Positions 1-9,152 of a stretch of 64,000 nucleotides of DNA are shown here, piece by piece; position 1 is the stretch's first letter; each line of letters opens with the position of its first letter. This DNA is from Candidatus Omnitrophota bacterium (GTDB lineage Bacteria > Omnitrophota > Gorgyraeia > B26-G9). The position numbers and the translations under genes were made by a program. The stretch lies in assembly GCA_043826565.1 (NCBI GenBank), contig JBDRPX010000012.1:7974-71973 (forward strand). Direction: 5' to 3'. The notes under the pieces were generated by a model that saw only the letters and a list, made by a program, of their open reading frames with translations, was not told where the DNA came from and did not search any database.

Positions 1-366
1 AAACCGGTCAAAGATAAGACCAGCAGCAGCTTGCTTAAAGACGGAACGATCAATGATATCCCGGTTAATACGGCAAACGCGGGCATCACTTATCAATATA
101 ATGAATTTTTGAATTTAAATTGTGTCGCGAATTGGCATGGCAGTATTAAATCTCCCAGCAGCCTTGACGCCGAATATAAGATCGGACCTAAAGCAATATA
201 CGATTTTAATGCGATTATAGATCTGGGCAAGTATATTAAAGGCACAGAAATGTCTTTGAAAATTTATAATATTTTTGATTCTTATGATGAAGAAGGAGGA
301 AGCGTGCAGATCCCCTTTCCCCGGGGAGGGCGCAAGTTCCTTGTTAATGTGAAGCGGAGCTTCTGA
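1..366 (+). CDS. TonB-dependent receptor, C-terminal fragment (starts upstream of window)
   Basis: Frame open from base 1; barrel-end motif LKIYNIFD..Y..PRGGRKF and terminal Phe. Confidence 0.8.
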   Translation, partial: KPVKDKTSSSLLKDGTINDIPVNTANAGITYQYNEFLNLNCVANWHGSIKSPSSLDAEYKIGPKAIYDFNAIIDLGKYIKGTEMSLKIYNIFDSYDEEGGSVQIPFPRGGRKFLVNVKRSF

Positions 367-394
367 TCGGATTACTTTTTAAAAAGGAGTATTT

Positions 395-838
395 ATGGAT
401 AACCCGAAACTGCTTAAGATTTTACTTATCGAAGATAATCCTGATGATATCGCGATCACAAAAAGGGCTTTAAAGAACGCGAAGGTCATTAATCAGCTGT
501 TGGTGGTTAATGACGGACAGGAAGCGCTTGATTTTTTATATTGCCGGGGAGCTTATCAGGATAATTCCGAAGCTTCTGCTCCGGGGCTGATCCTTCTGGA
601 TATAAACCTGCCGAAAATAAACGGCTTGGAAGTGCTCCGGGAGATCAAAAATGATGAAATTTTAAGAAAAATTCCCGTGGTTATGCTGACAATGTCTAAA
701 CGTGATGAAGATGTGGTCCGGGGATATGTCAACGGATGCAATAGTTTTATTCAAAAGCCGGTTGAGTTTGAAAAATTTGTTGAAATTGTCCGTCAAATAG
801 GGTTATATTGGGGCTTGTTAAATGTTGAGTGTGAGTAA
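395..838 (+). CDS. Single-domain response regulator (Rcp1-like)
   Basis: ILLIEDNPDD, LILLDINLPKING, FIQKP, YW tail; RBS AAGGAG. Confidence 0.92.
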   Translation: MDNPKLLKILLIEDNPDDIAITKRALKNAKVINQLLVVNDGQEALDFLYCRGAYQDNSEASAPGLILLDINLPKINGLEVLREIKNDEILRKIPVVMLTMSKRDEDVVRGYVNGCNSFIQKPVEFEKFVEIVRQIGLYWGLLNVECE

Positions 839-856
839 AAATGAGAAGGACTTAAT

Positions 857-2356
857 ATGACGACCAGAATTTTACTTATCGAAGATAATCCTGATTATAT
901 CATGATTACTAAACGTATCCTGGCCAAGACCGGACAGGAATATTCGGTCGATGCGGTTATCGGGGCTCAGGAAGGGGTCAAAAAAATCATCGAAGGTAAA
1001 TATAATCTTATTCTCTGCGATTATCGTTTGCCGGGAATGAGCGGACTGGAGATCCTCCGGCAGATGCGCAGCCAGGGAAACGATACTCCGTTTGTTGTGG
1101 TGACCTCCGCCGGCAGTGAAAAAATCGCTGTTGATTTGATGCAGGAAGGGGCTGCGGATTATGTGGTAAAAGACTCCGCCTATGAAAATATCCTGCCGAT
1201 GGTTATTAAAAGAGCGATTGACAGATATGATGTAAAAAAAGAAAAACAATGGCTTGAACAAGAATTGATCAATTCCAATGAGAAATTAAAACAAATGTAC
1301 GCGATTAAAAGCGACTTTACCTCCATGGTGTCCCATGAATTAAGAACCCCGTTAACCGCGATCCGGGAGGGTATCAGTATTGTTCTGGACGGGTCTCTGG
1401 GAAATATTAATGAGGACCAGAAAGAGTTTTTGAATATTGCCCAGAAAAATGTCGATCGGCTAAAACGTTTGATCGATGATGTTCTGGATTTTTCAAAACT
1501 GGAATCTAAAAGAATGACATTTAAGGTCAGAGAAGATTCCCTTGAAGACGCGATAAAAGATGTTGTCAGCACGCAGCTTTCTGTCGCTAAGAAAAAAGGA
1601 TTATATCTGGACACTAAAATATCTTCGGATATTCCTTTAATCGAATTTGACCGGGATAGAATCAATCAGGTGCTGAATAATTTAGTCAGCAATGCTATTA
1701 AATTTACCGAAACCGGAGGGATTGTGATTTCCTGTGTTAATGATCCGGAACAGGGAGTTGTCCGGGTGAGCGTTGAAGATACCGGAACCGGAATTAGTCC
1801 GGAAGATATTCCTAAGCTTTTCCAGAAATTTCAACAGTTAGGCGGAATGGATAAGAGAAAAACCGGGGGGACCGGGTTAGGTCTGGCGATCTCCAAGCAG
1901 ATAATTGAGCATCATGGCGGGCAAATAACCGGCTGTTCGGAATTAGGTAAAAAATCGGAATTTTCGTTTACGCTTTTAATAAAACGGCAATACAAAGTTT
2001 TGGTTATAGACGATGAAATGGTTGTTCTTGATGTTTGTAAGAAATTTTTAGAAAAAGACAAATATATTGTTTTACGTACGACCCAAGGAAAAGAAGGGAT
2101 AAAACTTGCTCAAGAGGAAAAACCGGATGCCATTGTCCTGGATATGAGGCTGCAGGACATGAGCGGTTATGAGATAATCGGGAGATTAAAAAGCGGAAAA
2201 GAAACAGCTAATATCCCGATCCTGGTTATTTCCGGATATATGGATGAGATCGAGCGGATTAAAGCTCAGCCGGAAGATATTGCTTTGCCCTGGATCTTAA
2301 AACCGTTAGACGGGAAGCAGTTTTTATTAAAAATAAAATCACTAGTGCATGGATGA
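857..2356 (+). CDS. Hybrid histidine kinase REC-HisKA-HATPase-REC
   Basis: H-box SHELRTPL, N-box NLVSNAIKF, G boxes DTGTG/GTGLGL, receivers at both ends. Confidence 0.93.
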   Translation: MTTRILLIEDNPDYIMITKRILAKTGQEYSVDAVIGAQEGVKKIIEGKYNLILCDYRLPGMSGLEILRQMRSQGNDTPFVVVTSAGSEKIAVDLMQEGAADYVVKDSAYENILPMVIKRAIDRYDVKKEKQWLEQELINSNEKLKQMYAIKSDFTSMVSHELRTPLTAIREGISIVLDGSLGNINEDQKEFLNIAQKNVDRLKRLIDDVLDFSKLESKRMTFKVREDSLEDAIKDVVSTQLSVAKKKGLYLDTKISSDIPLIEFDRDRINQVLNNLVSNAIKFTETGGIVISCVNDPEQGVVRVSVEDTGTGISPEDIPKLFQKFQQLGGMDKRKTGGTGLGLAISKQIIEHHGGQITGCSELGKKSEFSFTLLIKRQYKVLVIDDEMVVLDVCKKFLEKDKYIVLRTTQGKEGIKLAQEEKPDAIVLDMRLQDMSGYEIIGRLKSGKETANIPILVISGYMDEIERIKAQPEDIALPWILKPLDGKQFLLKIKSLVHG

Positions 2357-2408
2357 TATATAAAACGTATTATCTGCGATTATCATCAGAAGAAGGAAAG
2401 GGGCAGCT

Positions 2409-4334
2409 ATGCCGACCAAGATATTGCTTATTGAGCACAATCCGGACCATATTTTATTAACTAAACGAATATTACAGAAATCAAATGATGATTACCAGAT
2501 AGACACTGCCGAAGAAGCTGACAGCGGAGAGAAAAGGTGTGTTGAAGAAGATTATGATTTAGTGCTTTCTGATTATCGTCTGCCCGGTTCAAGCGCGATG
2601 GATATATTACGCGGAGTTAGGGAGAAAGGTAAGGACACTCCTTTTGTCGTGGTTACTGCTGCCGGAAATGAGAAGATCGCGGTAGAATTGATGAAAGAAG
2701 GCGCCTCAGATTATGTGGTTAAGGACGCTGCGTATGAGGATATTCTGCCGATAGTTGTGGAGCAGTCGATAGAAAGGTATAGAATTAAAAAGGCCAAAGA
2801 TCGTGCTGAAGAAGCCTTGCGGGAAAGTGAACTCCGGTATAGACTGCTTGCGGAGAATGTAACGGATGTTATTTGGACCGCGGATTTAAATCTAAAATGG
2901 ACGTACCTTAGTCCGTCGATCATCCAGGTTTTTGGATATAGCGCGGAAGAGTCGGTAGGATTGACCCTTGAGGATATGCTTGTCCCGGCTTCGCGTATTC
3001 TGGCCAAGAAAACATTTCTCGCGGAACTTGCCGAAGCCCGGAAAAATACAGGGGATTTGAAACGTTCGGTAGTTTTAGAGCTGGAATTTCAGCGTAAAGA
3101 CGGCGCGACAACATGGGCGGAAGTTAAAACTACTTTTTTACGTGATGATAACAATGATCCGATTGGCCTTATCGGAGTTACCCGGGATATTACCCAGCGG
3201 AAAAAAGCGCAAGATGAGCTGGTAAATGCCTATCAGATGACCCGTGATATTCTGGAAAAATCACCTTTTGGGATTGCGGTTGTAAATGGAAACGGCATTG
3301 TCGAATATGTTAATCCGAAAATGATCGAGATCTCCGGAGATTTAAAAGAGCATTTTGAGAATTTAAATATGATCAATCTGGAAACATATAAAGACCGGGG
3401 GATCGATCAGAAAATTAAGGAAGCTTTGCAGGGGCAGGGGTTTTTTATGGGGGCGGTTGATTACACGTCACACTATGGTAAAAAACATACGATACGTAAT
3501 TTTACCGGAATACCTCTGAAGGATATGGAAGAAAGAAAAATGCTTATGTTTGTCGAAGATATAACCGAACTTAAAACCGCGGAGCAGAAATTAGCCGAAG
3601 CTTATAAAAAACTCAAAGAAACCCAAGAACAGCTTATTCAGTCCAGTAAAATGGTAGCGATGGGGCAACTGGCCGCAGGGATATCACATGAACTTAACCA
3701 GCCGTTAACCGGGGTTAAGGGGTTTGCTCAGGCGGCATTAATGGATTTAGATGCCGGCCATCCCGTCAGAAGTGATCTGCAAAGAATTGTTGAGCAGGCG
3801 GATAGGATGGATATGATTATTAAGAATGTGCGCTTTTTTGCCCGGAAGTCTGATTTTACGATGGAGGAACTGGATGTAAACAAGCCGATAGAAGATTCTC
3901 TGGGTTTGTTGAATGAACAGCTGCGGGTGCATAATATAAAAGTGAAAACCAGCTTAAAAGAAAATTTGCCTAAGATCCAGGGAGATTGTAATCAGCTGCA
4001 GCAGGTATTTTTGAACTTAATTACTAATGCCCGGGACGCGATTGATATTTTAAATAATCCGGAAGGAGGAGAACTTGAGATTGTCAGCGGAGTAATAAAC
4101 AATGGGAAAGAGATTGAGATTACTTTTGAAGATACCGGCGGAGGCATTCCGAATGAACATAAGGATCAGGTGTTTAATCCGTTTTATACTACGAAATCTC
4201 CGGACGGAGGCATGGGGCTGGGATTATCTATCGCCTATAGAATAATTGAAAACCATAAAGGGAAAATTGAAGTTGTCAGCAGTACCAGCAGCGGAACAAA
4301 ATTTCGGATCATTTTACCTGTGGAGAAACACTAG
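2409..4334 (+). CDS. Histidine kinase REC-PAS-PAS-HisKA-HATPase
   Basis: N-terminal REC, PAS/PAC (GVTRDIT, FVEDIT), SHELNQPL, NARDA, PFYTTK, GMGLGL. Confidence 0.93.
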   Translation: MPTKILLIEHNPDHILLTKRILQKSNDDYQIDTAEEADSGEKRCVEEDYDLVLSDYRLPGSSAMDILRGVREKGKDTPFVVVTAAGNEKIAVELMKEGASDYVVKDAAYEDILPIVVEQSIERYRIKKAKDRAEEALRESELRYRLLAENVTDVIWTADLNLKWTYLSPSIIQVFGYSAEESVGLTLEDMLVPASRILAKKTFLAELAEARKNTGDLKRSVVLELEFQRKDGATTWAEVKTTFLRDDNNDPIGLIGVTRDITQRKKAQDELVNAYQMTRDILEKSPFGIAVVNGNGIVEYVNPKMIEISGDLKEHFENLNMINLETYKDRGIDQKIKEALQGQGFFMGAVDYTSHYGKKHTIRNFTGIPLKDMEERKMLMFVEDITELKTAEQKLAEAYKKLKETQEQLIQSSKMVAMGQLAAGISHELNQPLTGVKGFAQAALMDLDAGHPVRSDLQRIVEQADRMDMIIKNVRFFARKSDFTMEELDVNKPIEDSLGLLNEQLRVHNIKVKTSLKENLPKIQGDCNQLQQVFLNLITNARDAIDILNNPEGGELEIVSGVINNGKEIEITFEDTGGGIPNEHKDQVFNPFYTTKSPDGGMGLGLSIAYRIIENHKGKIEVVSSTSSGTKFRIILPVEKH

Positions 4335-4363
4335 GTTGATATTATGATCTAGAGAAAGACACA

Positions 4364-4819
4364 ATGGATGCGAATAGTCATAAACTAAAAAAACTTACCG
4401 TAGATGACGAGCGCGAAATAAAAAGCTTGTTTGAAATATCTCAAAGTCTGGCGATGCTGGCAGAACAAGGGGCGGTTGTTTCGCATGAAGTAGATGCCGT
4501 GCTTTCATCCGTAAGGCTTTTTTTAGAAACGCTCAAAGATAACAGCAGTTTTTTTCAGCAAGGACAGCCCGGCTTTGTTCTCGCCTGCCCGGAAAATGAT
4601 TCTGAAAACAAATTTCAGGAAATTGTTGACGATTTGCTTAGTAATGCTAAATTCCCTCCGGAGAAAGAGCCGTATAAATTAATTATCGCGAAAATGGACA
4701 AAGTGCTGATCAGAACTGTGCTGGGAAAGGTAAAAATGAATCAATCTCAAGCCGCGAAAATGTTGGGGATAAGCAGAAATACTTTGCGGTCTAAAATAAA
4801 AGAATATGGGTTAGCGTAA
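4364..4819 (+). CDS. Fis-type HTH protein with a DHp/H-box-like N-terminal helix
   Basis: C-terminal NQSQAAKMLGISRNTLRSKIKEYGL; N-terminal LAMLAEQGAVVSHEV..LSSVRLFLE. Confidence 0.75.
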   Translation: MDANSHKLKKLTVDDEREIKSLFEISQSLAMLAEQGAVVSHEVDAVLSSVRLFLETLKDNSSFFQQGQPGFVLACPENDSENKFQEIVDDLLSNAKFPPEKEPYKLIIAKMDKVLIRTVLGKVKMNQSQAAKMLGISRNTLRSKIKEYGLA

Positions 4820-4827
4820 TCAGTAGT

Positions 4828-5190
4828 CTATTTTGCGAATTTACTGACTTTTTTTTCAAAGTCCTGTCCTTCAAAAGGCATGCTTATCCATCCGTCAGCA
4901 TTTGTTTCTTCAGTAATTTTATCTAATTCGCTATCATCCTTTGCCGATACAAATAAAACCGAGATTTTTTCTGTAGCCGGATCATTTTTAAGCAGTTTAC
5001 AAATACTGCCGCCATCTATATCCGGAAGTGTATAATCCAGAAGAATTAACTGATACTCTCCGGTACGGGCTTTTCCCAGGCCTTCAGTTCCGGTTATGGC
5101 GGTTTCTGAGGCAAATCCCAGAACCTTTAATTTGAAAGTTAATATCTTGCTAATATAATGACTATCTTGTATTATGAGAATCTTACCCAT
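4828..5190 (-). CDS. Single-domain response regulator (atypical)
   Basis: ILIIQDS, LILLDYTLPDIDG; conserved K of KP replaced (WISMPF). Confidence 0.85.
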   Translation of the reverse strand: MGKILIIQDSHYISKILTFKLKVLGFASETAITGTEGLGKARTGEYQLILLDYTLPDIDGGSICKLLKNDPATEKISVLFVSAKDDSELDKITEETNADGWISMPFEGQDFEKKVSKFAK

Positions 5191-5200
5191 ATATTTTCTC

Positions 5201-5359
5201 CTGGTATAATCTTCAATCCTCTGATGGATTATACCAGATTAAAACACAATTACAAAGATTTATTTTCTGTCAAACGTAGTCAATCACAGTAATCTGTTTT
5301 TCATCAATGTAATCATGAGGCATTCTTATTTGTATTTAACTTTAAATAAGAATGCCTCA
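5201..5359. repeat. Diverged copy of the modular hairpin element (GATTACA-type hairpin plus CATTCTTATTT/AAATAAGAATG hairpin)
   Basis: TGAGGCATTCTTATTT..AAATAAGAATGCCTCA inverted repeat and GATTA/TAATC arms like those at 23736 and 35494. Confidence 0.6.
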
Positions 5360-5497
5360 AAAAAACTATTCTTTATAATTTTTAATAAATTCAGACAGAT
5401 TTTAAAAGCATTGGAACCTCCCTAACTCTATTAAAATACATCATATACCAAGCCAAACACACAATAATCCACCATATCACATAATAAAGCACCAGCC

Positions 5498-5526
5498 TTG
5501 ACAAATCACATAATATGTGATACTAT
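5498..5526 (+). promoter_or_regulatory. Sigma70-type promoter with palindromic operator in the spacer
   Basis: TTGACA-17-TACTAT with TG; ATCACATA-A-TATGTGAT at 5505-5521; extra ATCACATAAT at 5476. Confidence 0.7.
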
Positions 5527-5671
5527 TTAATTGTAAAGCGTGTAAATTCTCCACAAAATATATTATTATATAATAATAAACTATACATTAAAATTTTATA
5601 TAAAAGTTGAAGGTTGAAGTCCTACTTTCAAGTTCTTGAATAAGGAAAATAAGTAAAAAGGAGTAAGTTAA

Positions 5672-5923
5672 TTGCCTAAAAAATCAATAAAAAATCAGAT
5701 GGGGATAATCGAGGCGGCGAAAAAAATTGGTATAGAGATGCACAGACTGTATTGCTGGGAGCAGTATGGTGTTGTGCATCCGGTTACGGAGCTCTGCGGT
5801 TCACGGCGTTTTCGCCGGTATTCTCAGGATGATATTGAAAGGGCCAAGTTTGTTAAATTTCTGGTAGAGGAAGAAGGATATATGTTAAAGGCCGCGGCGC
5901 GTAAGCTGAATGGAGGGAGGTAA
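5672..5923 (+). CDS. Stand-alone MerR-like HTH DNA-binding protein
   Basis: IIEAAKKIGI..RLYCWEQYGVV..RRFRRYSQDDI; RBS AAGGAG. Confidence 0.75.
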   Translation: MPKKSIKNQMGIIEAAKKIGIEMHRLYCWEQYGVVHPVTELCGSRRFRRYSQDDIERAKFVKFLVEEEGYMLKAAARKLNGGR

Positions 5924-5926
5924 AAA

Positions 5927-6286
5927 ATGCGGAAAATACTGCTTATTGATGATGAGATAGATATACTGAAAACTGTGGGAGCGCGATTAAAGGTATGCGG
6001 ATATGAAGTTATTACCGCGGAAGACGGAGAAGAGGGGTTAAAAAAAATTATTGCGGAAAAGCCTGATTTAATTGTTTGCGATGTGATGATGCCGAAAATG
6101 GATGGGTACACCCTGGTGCGGAAAATGAAGTATGATAACTCGATACTGCCGATCCCGATCATTATGCTTACGGCAAAAGAGCGGCTGCAGGATTTATTTG
6201 AACTTGAGGGAGTTAGGGCGTATATAACAAAACCATTTAAGTCGGAAGAACTGTTAAAAAAGATCAAAGAACTTATCCAGAAGTAA
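5927..6286 (+). CDS. Single-domain response regulator
   Basis: ILLIDDE, DVMMPKMDG, YITKPF. Confidence 0.92.
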   Translation: MRKILLIDDEIDILKTVGARLKVCGYEVITAEDGEEGLKKIIAEKPDLIVCDVMMPKMDGYTLVRKMKYDNSILPIPIIMLTAKERLQDLFELEGVRAYITKPFKSEELLKKIKELIQK

Positions 6287-6325
6287 ATTAACAGAATCGA
6301 AAAGCAAAAAAAGGGGAATAGATAG

Positions 6326-6685
6326 ATGAAAATATTAATTGCTGATGATGAAACTGGAGTAACTGACTTTCTGGGATATTTTCTTCAGCAGAAAGGGCAT
6401 GTTGTTGATGTGGCGGGTAATGGGAAGAAGGCTTTGGAATTACTCAAAAAAGATAAATATTCGATCATTTTTCTTGATTATAATATGCCTGAGGTAACGG
6501 GCCTGGAAGTAATTCAGTTTATCCGGGAAAACCACATGGATATTGTTGTTGTTATGATTACCGGGTATCCGTTTGTTAAGGAATTCTTGGCGAAATCGGT
6601 AGGGGCAGACGAATATATCCACAAACCATATGATTTGGGGCTGATCGAGAGTATTCTGGATAAGTATGCCGCAAGGGTTAACTAA
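6326..6685 (+). CDS. Single-domain response regulator
   Basis: ILIADDE, FLDYNMPE, YIHKPY. Confidence 0.92.
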   Translation: MKILIADDETGVTDFLGYFLQQKGHVVDVAGNGKKALELLKKDKYSIIFLDYNMPEVTGLEVIQFIRENHMDIVVVMITGYPFVKEFLAKSVGADEYIHKPYDLGLIESILDKYAARVN

Positions 6686-6700
6686 AATTAGGGGTAAAAA

Positions 6701-7054
6701 ATGAAGATTCTTATTGCTGATGATGAAAAAGAAATCACGCAAAATCTGCAGGAGTTTTTACGGCGCAAAGGATATGTGGCGGATGTCGCGTTTGACGGCC
6801 GGGAAGCTTTAGATTTAATTAAAGAAGTTGATTATGATCTCATATTTCTTGACTATAATATGCCGGAGTTAACCGGATTGGAATTGATAAAGTATGTTAA
6901 GGAACATAATGAAAAAACAAAAACAGTAATGCTTACCGGATACCCCTTAATGGAAGGTTTTTTTGCTAAAGCCGTAGGCGCGGATGAATATCTGGATAAG
7001 CCGTATCAGTTTAAGGACATCGAACAGATTATTGAGAAATATGAAAAGCCGTAA
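6701..7054 (+). CDS. Single-domain response regulator (paralog of 6326)
   Basis: ILIADDE, FLDYNMPE, TGYP, YLDKPY. Confidence 0.92.
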   Translation: MKILIADDEKEITQNLQEFLRRKGYVADVAFDGREALDLIKEVDYDLIFLDYNMPELTGLELIKYVKEHNEKTKTVMLTGYPLMEGFFAKAVGADEYLDKPYQFKDIEQIIEKYEKP

Positions 7055-7080
7055 AAGTATTGAGAAAGGAGAACGCTGTT

Positions 7081-7452
7081 ATGGGAAAAAAAATATTATT
7101 AGTAGACGATGAACAGGACATTGTAACGGTTGTAACCGCGCGATTAAAAGCAAATGATTATGAAGTTATTGTCGCCTATGACGGAGAAGCAGCTTTAGAA
7201 ATGGCGAAAACACAAAATCCCGATTTAATTATCCTGGATCTTATGCTTCCGAAGATGGATGGTTATAAAGTGTGCGGGCTTTTAAAAAACGATGTGCGTT
7301 ATTCAAAAATCCCCATCATAATGTTTACCGCGCGGGCGCAGGAAGAGGATGTTTTGCTGGGGAAAGAAATGGGCGCGGATGATTATATTACAAAACCGTT
7401 TGATTCGATGGTGCTGCTGGAAAAGATTTCACTGCTTATATCTAAGGAGTAA
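7081..7452 (+). CDS. Single-domain response regulator
   Basis: ILLVDDE, LDLMLPKMDG, YITKPF; ATG at 7081 after AAGGAG. Confidence 0.92.
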   Translation: MGKKILLVDDEQDIVTVVTARLKANDYEVIVAYDGEAALEMAKTQNPDLIILDLMLPKMDGYKVCGLLKNDVRYSKIPIIMFTARAQEEDVLLGKEMGADDYITKPFDSMVLLEKISLLISKE

Positions 7453-7498
7453 TCAGAGAGAAAAAATTGAAGCTTGATATTTGGACTGAGGTTAAAAA

Positions 7499-9115
7499 AT
7501 GGGAAAAATTCAGAAAAAATTATTAGGTGAGAGCCTGGTTGAAGAAGGAATAATTACCGCGGAACAATTGCGCCAGGCAAAGGGAGAAGAATCGCGCTCC
7601 GGAGTACGTCTGCGTAAACTTCTGGTTAAAATGGGGTTTATTGACGAATACGACCTGGTTGCTTTTTTAAGTGAAAAGTTTGAGGTCTCCAGAATTGAAC
7701 TGAATAATTATCTGATTTCTCCAAAAGTCATTGAACTTATTCCGGAGGATCTAGCCAGAAAATATGAGTTAATCCCTATTTTAAAAATCGGGGGAAATCT
7801 TACTTGCGCGATGGTGGACCCCTGGAATATCTACGCGCTGGATGAATTGAGATTAAAGACCGGGTTTATTATTGATCCGGCGGTGGCCACAGAAGCGGAA
7901 ATACACAAGGCCCTGGACGAATATTATGGAGCTAAAGGTTCCTTGGAAGATATTCTCAAGACATTAGAAGAAGAGAAAAGTAAAGCTAAGGGCAAGCCGG
8001 GAGACAGTGCCAAGGAATTAGCGGAGCTTAGCGGAGAGCCCCTGGTTATGCGCCTGGTAAATCTAATAATTGCCAAGGCTGTCAGTGAGGGGGCTAGCGA
8101 TATCCATATTGAACCGGAAGAAAACTCTTTGCGGGTACGTTTCCGGGTGGATGGGCTTTTACATGAAGCGGCAAAGCCGGCGCAGTATTTACAAGCTTCA
8201 ATTATTTCCCGCATAAAAGTTATGTCTAATTTAGATATTGCCGAACGCAGAATCCCGCAGGACGGCAGATTTAATTTGAAAATGGAAGGCAAAGCTATTG
8301 ATGTGCGTGTATCATGTATGCCTACGGTTTATGGAGAGAACGTAGTCCTGCGTTTATTAGATACCTCCAGCGCTTTTCGCGCGCTCAATGAGATGGGATT
8401 TCCGGAGGTGATGTTAAAAGAATATAATAAGCTTATTTACCGGCCTTACGGGATAGTCCTTGTGACCGGCCCGACCGGAAGCGGCAAGACGACTACTTTA
8501 TATGCTTCTTTGGATAAAATAAATGCTATAGAAAAAAATATTATTACGGTGGAAGATCCGGTTGAATATAAACTTCCCGGGATCAGGCAGACCATGGTCA
8601 ATTCCAAGGTTAACTTAACGTTCGCCAGCGGAATGAGGGCGATTTTACGGCAGGATCCGGATATTATTATGGTTGGTGAAATCAGAGATACCGAAACCGC
8701 GGAAATTGCTATTCAGGCGGCATTAACCGGACATTTGGTGTTTTCAACCTTACATACAAATGACGCTGCCAGCGCGGTTACCCGGCTTATTGATATGGGG
8801 ATTGAACCGTTCCTGATCGCTTCCTCGGTAATCGGGGTGATCGCGCAAAGGCTGGTGCGGGTAATATGTAAAGAGTGTAAAGGCAAAGGTTGTCCGGTAT
8901 GCCTGGAGAAAGGGTATAAGGGGCGTGTCGGTATTTATGAGCTGCTGGTTCCGGACGAGGATATTAGACAGATGATGATGAAGCGCGCTTCATCCGAGGA
9001 AATCAGGATCGCGGCCTTAAAAAAAGGAATGAGATCATTGAGGGAAAGCGGATTGGAAAAGGTCAAGGCGGGGATTACTTCAGAAGAAGAAGTTTTGCGT
9101 GTGACGCAGGAGTAG
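7499..9115 (+). CDS. pilB: Type IV pilus/T2SS assembly ATPase (PilB/GspE) with MshEN-like N-terminus
   Basis: ASDIHIEP, Walker A GPTGSGKT, LRQDPD, GEIRD, TLHTN, CxxC..CxxC. Confidence 0.92.
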   Translation: MGKIQKKLLGESLVEEGIITAEQLRQAKGEESRSGVRLRKLLVKMGFIDEYDLVAFLSEKFEVSRIELNNYLISPKVIELIPEDLARKYELIPILKIGGNLTCAMVDPWNIYALDELRLKTGFIIDPAVATEAEIHKALDEYYGAKGSLEDILKTLEEEKSKAKGKPGDSAKELAELSGEPLVMRLVNLIIAKAVSEGASDIHIEPEENSLRVRFRVDGLLHEAAKPAQYLQASIISRIKVMSNLDIAERRIPQDGRFNLKMEGKAIDVRVSCMPTVYGENVVLRLLDTSSAFRALNEMGFPEVMLKEYNKLIYRPYGIVLVTGPTGSGKTTTLYASLDKINAIEKNIITVEDPVEYKLPGIRQTMVNSKVNLTFASGMRAILRQDPDIIMVGEIRDTETAEIAIQAALTGHLVFSTLHTNDAASAVTRLIDMGIEPFLIASSVIGVIAQRLVRVICKECKGKGCPVCLEKGYKGRVGIYELLVPDEDIRQMMMKRASSEEIRIAALKKGMRSLRESGLEKVKAGITSEEEVLRVTQE

Positions 9116-9152
9116 ATTAAGTTTTTGCAGAAAGAATAAAGGAGGAAGTAAG

